A stretch of 62,941 nucleotides of DNA, the filler included. It is 8 parts of 8 records of this genome, joined end to end, with 100 filler letters (N's around TTAATTAATTAA, not from the genome) between each part and the next. Parts side by side here need not be neighbours in the genome. Positions count along the whole stretch, not along the records: positions 27,093 to 36,020 come from SRR31147125_54016; positions 36,121 to 48,366 come from SRR31147125_54051; 6 more parts are not named here. The stretch is one strand, 5' to 3'. The translations under genes and the position numbers were made by a program. Below the pieces are notes generated by a model. The model searched no databases. It worked only from the letters and a program-made list of their open reading frames with translations, and was not told the origin of the DNA. Shown piece after piece: positions 33,329 through 41,145 of this stretch. Position 1 is the first letter of the stretch. Every line of letters begins with the position of its first letter.

Positions 33329-33344
33329 AACAAAAATTATGCCT
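33329..33344 (-). promoter_or_regulatory. Possible sigma54-type promoter of the efflux operon
   Basis: The minus strand reads AGGCATAATTTTTGTT (GGCA-N6-TTG, lacking the -12 C), about 50 nt upstream of the small ORF. Confidence 0.4.
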
Positions 33345-33687
33345 TGTTCAATTTTCTTAACGAAGTTCGGGAATATTTTTGAAAAATATTGTTAAATAAC
33401 GTAGAAATAAACTAAAATATTAGTTTTTTAACTGAAAAAGCAGTTTGTAAATTTCAATTTTTAGTGCTATTACTAAGTTCCCGTTCAATATCAATTATTT
33501 AATGCTCTAAATGCAGACAGAGCCCATTCTGATTTGTAGGGATCTGGAATACGTTATCAGATTTTTGTATTGAAATCCGTCAGCGTACTTGCTTTCCTAT
33601 ATTTCGGAACAGGTTCTGATGGCATTTTTCGGATTGATTTTGCGTATCGTCTTTAGTCATGCAAACTGTGTAACAACAGTTCTCTCA

Positions 33688-34584
33688 TTACTTCTTCCTA
33701 AAAATACCTGCTTGTGACAGTGTCATAACCAAAACACCAAAAACAGTTAATAAACCGCCTGCAAGTTGGTGTGGTGCCGGAAAGGTTTTAAACATCAGGT
33801 ACGAAGCTATTAATACGAAAATACCTTTCGATGTTTGCACAATTGCCGAGCGCGAAGCTTCAATAAAACGGAACGAATAATACACTGTAAGAATAGCAAT
33901 GAATTCGAGTAAAACTCCAATTGCTGCATTGCCAAAAGCTTTTACAGGAATATTAATTGAAGGGCCATGAATAAAAAAGGCTGCCGTTGCAAAAACGAAA
34001 AGCCAGGTGTAGCGGTTAAGGTTAAACAATTCGGGACTTATATCTTTTACATTTACTTTTACCACCAAAGTAGCACTTGTGGCAAGTATTGCATTTATAA
34101 AAACCACACCTGTGCCGGCAATAAAAAGTGTTTTTAACGAGGTTCCTCCGGTATAACTAATAATAAAGGTGCCAAGAAGCGCAAGCGAGCCACCAATTAT
34201 TTCAATCCATCCAAATTTTTCTTTCAGAATAAAAACTCCGCCCAGTGTAACCATTACCGGGAACATATTGCCAATAAACGAAGTAATTGCCGGATCGGGA
34301 ATCATATTCACCGAAATAAAGAAAGTTGTTGTGGTTAGTATTTCAAGAATTCCGAGAATTATTAATGTGCGTTTTTGTTTTTTTGTTAGCTCTTTAATTT
34401 GTTTGAGTTTCCCGTTTCTGGTAGCAAATAAAAAACTGAATAAAACACCAAATCCACACCAAATAACGCCAAACTGAGTAAGATGAATTTCGTTTAATGC
34501 AGCTTTACTAAATATGTAAACGTTAGAAAATGCCAGTGTAGCTACCAGCGCAAAGAAATATCCTTTAAAGGCTTTCGAATTCAT
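33688..34584 (-). CDS. DMT/EamA-family transporter
   Basis: About 10 TM helices in two EamA halves; FILKEKF motif. Confidence 0.88.
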   Translation of the reverse strand: MNSKAFKGYFFALVATLAFSNVYIFSKAALNEIHLTQFGVIWCGFGVLFSFLFATRNGKLKQIKELTKKQKRTLIILGILEILTTTTFFISVNMIPDPAITSFIGNMFPVMVTLGGVFILKEKFGWIEIIGGSLALLGTFIISYTGGTSLKTLFIAGTGVVFINAILATSATLVVKVNVKDISPELFNLNRYTWLFVFATAAFFIHGPSINIPVKAFGNAAIGVLLEFIAILTVYYSFRFIEASRSAIVQTSKGIFVLIASYLMFKTFPAPHQLAGGLLTVFGVLVMTLSQAGIFRKK

Positions 34585-34621
34585 AATTCCTGTGTAGTTA
34601 TCGGTGAAAAATTTAAGTGAA

Positions 34622-34629
34622 CAAAGATA
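34622..34629 (-). promoter_or_regulatory. Bacteroidota -7 promoter element (TAnnTTTG)
   Basis: TATCTTTG on the minus strand 38 nt upstream of the DMT start. Confidence 0.6.
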
Positions 34630-34738
34630 AAAAAAGAATAGACCGTGTAATGAAAGCTTGAATTAAAAATGCTGCTGCGTAAGGCATTGATTTTGAGCTT
34701 ATTTTTTTGTAAATTGTATATAAACTAATCGAACGGAT

Positions 34739-35681
34739 ATGAATTTTTTCAAAAAGAAATCGGGAAAAGGTGAGAATGAAAACAAATTAACCCTGAATAT
34801 GGTAGTGTGTTTTAAACGCTTGTTTTTTGTGAATTATTCTCCGCGCTACATTCGTTTTAAAGGCGATTTATGTACCTATAAAACTTATTTGGAAAATTTG
34901 AATGATGGTTCGGAAACGAAAAACGATTGGAAAAACAAGGCGTTGAAGCATTGCGAAAAAGCCAAAGAAAAGTTAGACGAAAAAAGAATAGACGAAGGAT
35001 GGAAATTGCTTCATAAGGCTAAACGACTGGAAGTTTACAGTGGCAAAGAATTTAGGAATGCTACAATAATTCAACTGCGCGAAGAATGTGTGAAATTAAG
35101 AGAATGGCGAAAAAATGCGATTCAAAAAATTATTGGTGTTTCGGATGACGATAAGAAAAAAGAAGGTATTGGCACGCGAGTTGGAAAAGGCGCTTGAAAT
35201 ACGCGATACTTTTCATGAAACCTTATACTATACAAATCGTTTAACACGCGGGCAGTTTAATTGGCTGGCAGCTATTTTATTATTGCTTGTTATTTTAATT
35301 TTTGTTTATGTAATTAAATATGAAATAGAGGCCGGATTAATTTTGCGCGATTTGAATTTTAAGAATCTTTCCGGTGTTTTGTTGTTTGGCTTACTTGGGG
35401 CAACAACCAGTACTATTTTTCATTTCCGAAAATCGCAGGGCTCGGCGCGTATTCCCGAAATAATCAGTAATAATTCTATTACGTTTAGTCGCATTTTAGT
35501 TGGTGCAGGCTTTTCTGTTTTTATTTTTGTTTTCCTGAATTCGGAAATCGCAAAAGCTATAAAACTGTTTAGTTTCGAGGTAGATAGTTGCTTCGAATTT
35601 TTTACCATCGCTTTTGTATCTGGTTTTTCTGAACGTTTAGCTCTAAGCAGTATTCAGAAAATTATTGGTAAAAAAGAATAG
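34739..35681 (+). CDS. Hypothetical protein: charged helical N-terminus plus 4-TM C-terminus (frameshift at A-run ~35156)
   Basis: ORFs 34739..35197 and 35115..35681 join; GLLGATTS...RILVGAG...AFVSGFSERL. Confidence 0.7.
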
Positions 35682-35822
35682 TAGAGGAAAGTTGGAAGCA
35701 CGAAGCAATTGTACTTTTGTAACTTATTATAGTTGTTCGGCGTAAATGTGTTTCGTCTGCCCCCTTTTCTTAACCCAACATTAACCTTCAGAAAACTTTC
35801 TGCGGCAATTATCAGAATAGAT

Positions 35823-35830
35823 TATCTTTG
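35823..35830 (+). promoter_or_regulatory. Bacteroidota -7 promoter element upstream of pgi
   Basis: TATCTTTG about 100 nt upstream of ATG 35931. Confidence 0.55.
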
Positions 35831-35930
35831 CATGTATTAAAGCTGAAATTATTAATTAATAGATAGTGGTGGCATATTGTGGAAACGTCTTCCAACTTCG
35901 TGCTTCCGGCTACGTGCTAAAAACAAATAC

Positions 35931-36020
35931 ATGTTACCTAAAATCAATCCAATAGAAACAAAAGCGTGGAACAAGCTCGAAGAAATTTATTTTGAGTTTG
36001 AAGGCACCCACATGAAAGAA
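35931..36020 (+). CDS. pgi: Glucose-6-phosphate isomerase N-terminus (3' truncated)
   Basis: MLPKINPIETKAWNKLEE...HMKE resembles Bacteroidota Pgi starts; only 30 codons are visible. Confidence 0.65.
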
Positions 36021-36120
36021 NNNNNNNNNNNNNNNNNNNNNNNNNNNNNNNNNNNNNNNNNNNNTTAATTAATTAANNNNNNNNNNNNNNNNNNNNNNNN
36101 NNNNNNNNNNNNNNNNNNNN
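36021..36120. other. Artificial contig spacer
   Basis: N44-TTAATTAATTAA-N44. Confidence 0.98.
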
Positions 36121-36165
36121 CGGTGAATATCTGTCCAGGTACTTAACGGATACGCATCTCATTTG

Positions 36166-36205
36166 AAACGCCCGGAATTTAATTTCTCGGGCGTTTTGAT
36201 TTTTT
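36166..36205 (+). terminator. Intrinsic terminator upstream of fliD
   Basis: AAACGCCCG...CGGGCGTTT stem followed by TGATTTTTT. Confidence 0.7.
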
Positions 36206-36221
36206 ATCGATATGAAATCAT

Positions 36222-36249
36222 TCAAGATTGACGACTCGAAGGTCGATAA
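36222..36249 (+). promoter_or_regulatory. Sigma28 (FliA) promoter of fliD
   Basis: TCAA-N16-GTCGATAA. Confidence 0.7.
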
Positions 36250-36314
36250 GTAATAATAGAAATCAGATTTCACTGGAACCTGTCAGGAATTTAACCAATC
36301 CGGAGGAAATACAT

Positions 36315-38441
36315 ATGGCTACTGGAAGCATTTCAACACTCGGCATCGGTTCGGGTCTCGATTTACAAGACATGCTGACCCAGCTCAAGGAGGTGGACCA
36401 GCAGCCCATCGAGAACAAAAAAAATAAAATCACGGATCTTGAAGCACAAATTGAAGAGTTCGATAATATTAAATCGACCCTTCTATCCATGCGGACCAGT
36501 GCTTTGGATCTTTCCCTCGGTTCAAACTTTCTTGCCACCGAGCCCACTGTCACAGGATCGAGCATCAGTGTGACATCCACAGCCGGTGCCAAGGAGATGT
36601 CCCACAGCGTCAATGTCGAGTCTTTGGCCTCATTCAGCTCATGGACGTCCGAAGGCGTGGACAGCAAATCCGCCATTATCACTTCGGAAGACATCACATT
36701 TTCCTATAAACTGGGGGAAGAGGGAAACAGCATCACTCTTGATGTGGATGCCGGGACCACACTGCAGGACCTGGTCACCTTGATCAACGAAGACGAATCC
36801 AATCCGGGGATTACAGCATCCATTGCCGACACGGGATTTGGGGACAACCCGTTTAAACTGGTATTGAGAAGTGACGAATCCGGAGAAGAGAATCGGATTT
36901 TCATTGAGAGTCAGCTGGAGGATATACCACCGACAAGCGACAGCAGCGTCACCATCAGCGACACGGAATCTCTGGATATCACCGCTGCAAATGGTAACAA
37001 CACCATTGTTTTTCAAGAACGGTTGGAAGATGGATCTTTAGGTGCGGAAACAACGGCAACCATAGCGGACGGCACCTATACCAGCGGAGCAGACTTGGCA
37101 GCAGCCATTGAAACAGCCATGGAAGCCGCATCGGAAAACAGTATAGATTATTCTGTATCTTATGATAGCGATACGGAAAAATTTACCATAGAGGAAAATG
37201 GTTCGGAGCTTCACGAGTTGAACATTTCCTGGGATAGCAGCACGGCTTCAAGCGCACTTGGCTTCAGCGGAGAAGACGATGTATGGAAACCCCATACAGG
37301 CCTTCAACTCACCCAATCCACCGGTGCCGGGTTTGCCTCGCCTGAAAGTGATGACAAAGTGGATATCAGTGCGATATCGTCAGTTGATATTTCCGCTGCA
37401 AACAGCAATAACGAGATTGTCTTTCGAGAACGTTTGGCTGACGGCTCCTTGGGAGCGGAGAAAACCGCAACGATTGCGGATGGCCCCTATACGGACGGAG
37501 ATACTCTGGCAGCAGCCATTGAGACCGCCATGGAAACCGCATCGGAAAACGGAATCGACTATTCGGTTTTATACGACAGCGAAACCAAAAAATTCACCAT
37601 TACGGAAGACGGCTCAGAGCTTCACGAGCTTCAGATCGACTGGGCAAGCAGCAGCGCCGCATCCGCATTGGGATTCGATGCAGAGACCGACACCTACACC
37701 CCCTACGATTCCTCCCTCAACGCGAAGTTCACCGTGGACAATATCACCTACCAGCGGCAATCCAACAATGATGTCGATGATGTGATCCAGGGCTTGACGC
37801 TGACTCTCAACGAAACCGGTAGTGCCACCATCGGTGTCGAACCCAACTTCGAAGATGTGGAAACAGCCATACAAAGCCTTGTCGAAAATTTCAACACACT
37901 GAAAACCACCTTGGATTCCCAAGATAGCTTTGATGTAGACACCGGCGAACAAGGTATTCTCTTCGGAAAGAGCGCCATCACCCGAATCGATAATGAGCTG
38001 AAAAGCTTTTTAGAGCAGGACATCATTGGATTGAACGGCAGTGTCACCAGCATGTTCGATCTCGGTCTTTCGGTAGATGAAGACGGAATGCTGTCATTGG
38101 ATACAAGTACCCTTTCCGACGTTTTGTCAAGAAATGCCGAGGATGTGATCAAGTTTTTCACGGGGGATTCCGATAAAGGAATCGTAGGGTTTGGAGATCA
38201 GCTCTATGATAAAATGAAAACTTACACCGGCATTGAAGGTCTGCTGACCATTGAAACGGAAACCAACCGAACCCGGATCAGCAAACTGGAAGAGCAGATC
38301 GAAAACGACACCGCCATATTGGATAAGCGATACGAAACCCTGACCATGCAATTCATTGAAATGGATTCCTACATGCAGCAGATGCAGTCCCAGGCCGATT
38401 TCATGGATCAGATGCTCAATTCGTCGAATAATGATGACTAA
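36315..38441 (+). CDS. fliD: Flagellar filament cap protein FliD with an internal tandem domain duplication
   Basis: MATGSISTLGIGSGLD, RQSNNDVDDVIQGLTLTL, RYETLTMQFIEMD; RBS GGAGG. Confidence 0.95.
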   Translation: MATGSISTLGIGSGLDLQDMLTQLKEVDQQPIENKKNKITDLEAQIEEFDNIKSTLLSMRTSALDLSLGSNFLATEPTVTGSSISVTSTAGAKEMSHSVNVESLASFSSWTSEGVDSKSAIITSEDITFSYKLGEEGNSITLDVDAGTTLQDLVTLINEDESNPGITASIADTGFGDNPFKLVLRSDESGEENRIFIESQLEDIPPTSDSSVTISDTESLDITAANGNNTIVFQERLEDGSLGAETTATIADGTYTSGADLAAAIETAMEAASENSIDYSVSYDSDTEKFTIEENGSELHELNISWDSSTASSALGFSGEDDVWKPHTGLQLTQSTGAGFASPESDDKVDISAISSVDISAANSNNEIVFRERLADGSLGAEKTATIADGPYTDGDTLAAAIETAMETASENGIDYSVLYDSETKKFTITEDGSELHELQIDWASSSAASALGFDAETDTYTPYDSSLNAKFTVDNITYQRQSNNDVDDVIQGLTLTLNETGSATIGVEPNFEDVETAIQSLVENFNTLKTTLDSQDSFDVDTGEQGILFGKSAITRIDNELKSFLEQDIIGLNGSVTSMFDLGLSVDEDGMLSLDTSTLSDVLSRNAEDVIKFFTGDSDKGIVGFGDQLYDKMKTYTGIEGLLTIETETNRTRISKLEEQIENDTAILDKRYETLTMQFIEMDSYMQQMQSQADFMDQMLNSSNNDD

Positions 38442-38459
38442 GATTGAAGGATTTACATC

Positions 38460-38825
38460 ATGGACAAAGCCCTCAAAAGAACGTTTGCAGAGATGCACGC
38501 CACATTGGACAGACACCTTTCAGCATTTGAAAATCTGGAAACCGTTGAACTGGACACCCAAACCATGCTGTTTGAAAACCGCCGGGCATTCGAAAACTTG
38601 AGAAACACGGTTTCGGCACTTCCCATGTCGGTGAGAAAACAATTTAAGATCGAAGCCCAAGAGATTGTAGATAAAAATCATCAGCTCACACGGGTTCTGG
38701 CAAAAAGAAAACAGACGCTGTCAGCCATGTTGATCGACAATGCCAAAGGGAAAAAGGCTCTGAAAGGATACCAAGGCGGTACCGGTACTCATCAAACCTA
38801 TCGATTCATGAACACCGCCGGGTAA
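38460..38825 (+). CDS. FliT-like flagellar chaperone
   Basis: 121-aa helical protein directly after fliD, with C-terminal KGKKALKGY. Confidence 0.6.
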   Translation: MDKALKRTFAEMHATLDRHLSAFENLETVELDTQTMLFENRRAFENLRNTVSALPMSVRKQFKIEAQEIVDKNHQLTRVLAKRKQTLSAMLIDNAKGKKALKGYQGGTGTHQTYRFMNTAG

Positions 38826-38863
38826 ACGGCGCTGAAAAATTTTCAGTTGCAATCAGAAAAAGC

Positions 38864-38891
38864 TAAACTCGTTTCCCGAAACTGTCGAAAG
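38864..38891 (+). promoter_or_regulatory. Sigma28 promoter of fliS
   Basis: TAAA-N16-GTCGAAAG. Confidence 0.6.
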
Positions 38892-38908
38892 ATAATATAT
38901 AGAGACAA

Positions 38909-39032
38909 GATTGGATGGTTGTAAAACTAAAGCCCCTCTCAGCCAAGGATGGAGAATGAGCCTAAGTTTATTTTGAGTCACAAACCAATCGCGCATTTAA
39001 CCTCATTTTGAACATATGGAGGTGTACATATG
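38909..39032 (+). promoter_or_regulatory. Structured fliS leader with CsrA-type GGA motifs
   Basis: Long stem GATTGG...CCAATC (38909-38990) with apical CCA-AGGA-TGG (38943-38952); a second ATGGA overlaps the RBS in CATATG-GAGGTGTA-CATATG. Confidence 0.6.
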
Positions 39033-39530
39033 AGACATCCAGCAGGCATGCAAAAATACATCAACACCCACTACGACGGAATGACTCCCGAACAGCTGAT
39101 TCTTATGCTCTACAAAGGGGCTTTGCAACGGCTTCAGCTGGCAAAGCAGGGCATCATCGAAAAGAACATCCAAAAACGCGGAGAGAATCTCAGCAAAGTG
39201 ATCGCCATTATATCGGAACTCAATGCATCCCTGGATACGGAAGGAAAGGATGAGAGCATTCAATTTCTGGCAGGCTTGTATACCTCTATGCTGGTTGAAC
39301 TTCCCAAAGTCTCGCTAAACAATGATATTGAAATTCTGGAACGAACAGAGCGGTATATCACTAAGTTGAAAGAGATCTGGGAAGTCAATGTGATGGGTAA
39401 AGCCATGGCTCAGGCTCAGGCACAACACGGCGGTTACCCTCCTGCACAGCAAAAGGCCCCGATGGGAAAGGCAGCTGCTTCAAGTTATGGAAGTGGATCC
39501 GGCCAACGCCTGAACGCGTTTGCAGTATAA
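39030..39530 (+). CDS. fliS: Flagellin export chaperone FliS
   Basis: TPEQLILMLYKGAL, IISELNASLD, LAGLY, LKEIW; low-complexity C-terminal tail. Confidence 0.93.
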   Translation: MRHPAGMQKYINTHYDGMTPEQLILMLYKGALQRLQLAKQGIIEKNIQKRGENLSKVIAIISELNASLDTEGKDESIQFLAGLYTSMLVELPKVSLNNDIEILERTERYITKLKEIWEVNVMGKAMAQAQAQHGGYPPAQQKAPMGKAAASSYGSGSGQRLNAFAV

Positions 39531-39718
39531 TCTACTATCTTTATTTAGATACACTTGGAAAATCGGTTGACAATGTCCCACCAAACAGAGGATGATATAG
39601 GCAAACAAGTTGATTAATTCATTGCCAATGATAATGCGGTATCAACCCATTATTTTGCCTCTCCATCGCTGGCCCTTTTTCTATAGAACACCCCATGAGG
39701 ATCAAGGAGGATTACATC

Positions 39719-40150
39719 ATGAATATCAGTACAATCGGTTCTTCCGACGCCATGGATGTGATGTCGACTGCAAGAACCCCTGTGAAACAACAGGAACACA
39801 GCACTACCAAGTCCTCCCCGGATCCTAGTAATGCAGCTGCAGCCGATCCCAACAAAAAAATTCAGACCGATCCGCTCACGAAAGACAGTGAGAAAAACGG
39901 AAATGCCCAGACTCCGCCCAGCTCCAAAGAAGAGATTGAACAGATGGCCAATGAGCTGAACGAGCGCATGGACGACCTTCAAACCAGCCTTGGGTTTTCA
40001 GTCAGTGAGGATTTGGACAATCAGGTGATTGTTCAAATTAGAGATCGGAAGACCAATGAGGTGATCCGTCAGATTCCAACGGAGGAGGTCCAGAAGATCA
40101 AAGAAAAAATGACGGAGTTGACAGGTCTGTTATTGGATCACCGTGTCTGA
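39719..40150 (+). CDS. flaG: Flagellar protein FlaG
   Basis: LGFSV...VIVQIRDRKTNEVIRQIPTEE...GLLLD. Confidence 0.93.
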   Translation: MNISTIGSSDAMDVMSTARTPVKQQEHSTTKSSPDPSNAAAADPNKKIQTDPLTKDSEKNGNAQTPPSSKEEIEQMANELNERMDDLQTSLGFSVSEDLDNQVIVQIRDRKTNEVIRQIPTEEVQKIKEKMTELTGLLLDHRV

Positions 40151-40287
40151 TTCCCGGAATCAGTTTGCTCCATATCTGATTCTGGAAATGAGTCAGGGAT
40201 AAACACTTGAAAAGAATCGGGCAGAAGCGGCTTTTTTTCTTATTTGTGCTCCTCGTTTCCCCCTCTCAATTTCTCTTTAAAAAGTCA

Positions 40288-40333
40288 AAGCCGATAAGGA
40301 TAATTCATATCCAAATCGGCTTTCTTCTTTTTT
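40288..40333. terminator. Hairpin between convergent flaG and fliW
   Basis: AAAGCCGAT...GGATA-ATTCA-TATCC...ATCGGCTTT plus T-tract. Confidence 0.6.
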
Positions 40334-40405
40334 CCGGCCATTTGTTTATTTGTTATTGTATGTGCTGATCGTGGAACGCCTACGCATACCTCAACGTTTT
40401 ACCCA

Positions 40406-40870
40406 TCATCGTGAAGTGCTGCATTTTCTCTCTTCCAATGATTTCAAGACATCATGCTGGTGGGAGTAGGCAGAGTTTGAAAAGACAAATTGAACCGCCT
40501 CTCCTTTTTCCCGATTGATTACGATGGGACCCATGAGATTGGCCGTAATCTTCCTACTCTCCCCTTCCCCGAAGATATTGACCACCACATACACCTCCAA
40601 TGCCTCTTTGGGGCTTCCTTTCCAGTTCCGCATGGAGATAATGGTCTCCAGCTCGGGATCATAATCGGGCATAAAATAAAAGGGATTCATGAGCACAAGG
40701 TTGAGATTGGGTTCATCCACAGACTGAAACCATCGAAAGGGAGCTGTTTCCGGGCGATCGAGAACAACAAAGCGCTCAAATCCGGGAAATCCTGGCAACC
40801 CTTCCGGCATGGTCACAATCTCTTTTTCATCAATGTCTATGTCACCAAATTTTCTGGTTGTAATTTTCAC
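40406..40870 (-). CDS. fliW: Flagellar assembly factor FliW (CsrA antagonist)
   Basis: KITTRKFG, GLPGF, WFQSVD, ITANLMGPIVIN. Confidence 0.95.
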   Translation of the reverse strand: MKITTRKFGDIDIDEKEIVTMPEGLPGFPGFERFVVLDRPETAPFRWFQSVDEPNLNLVLMNPFYFMPDYDPELETIISMRNWKGSPKEALEVYVVVNIFGEGESRKITANLMGPIVINREKGEAVQFVFSNSAYSHQHDVLKSLEERKCSTSR

Positions 40871-40875
40871 GCTTG

Positions 40876-41124
40876 TTACTCCTGATCGCTGAGATATTTC
40901 TTTTTAATCATATCCACCACATCGGCGATGTCTGCCACATCCTTTGAAGCGGATCCAATGTTTTCCTGCTGCACCTGTTCCAGCACCTCCATTCTCAAGA
41001 TGGTGATCTCCCTGGGTGCGTCGATACCGATTTTAACACTGTTGCCGTCCACTTCGAGTACTTTGACAACAATATTGTCTCCGATTTTTATTTTTTCTTC
41101 TACTTTCCGGGTCAAAACAAGCAT
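40876..41124 (-). CDS. csrA: Carbon storage regulator CsrA
   Basis: MLVLTRK...IGDNI...[17 protein letters not shown]. Confidence 0.96.
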   Translation of the reverse strand: MLVLTRKVEEKIKIGDNIVVKVLEVDGNSVKIGIDAPREITILRMEVLEQVQQENIGSASKDVADIADVVDMIKKKYLSDQE

Positions 41125-41145
41125 ACTTAACGTATCCTTTTCAAA

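Noticed and set aside
35684..35907. Short inverted GGAAGCACGAAG / AAGTTGGAAG repeats around the pgi promoter as a mobile element
   Set aside because: The matches are only 10-12 bp and permuted, which is too little to define an element.
40291..40298. Perfect GCCGATAA as a sigma28 -10 box
   Set aside because: It has no properly spaced -35, lies between convergent genes and forms one arm of a hairpin.
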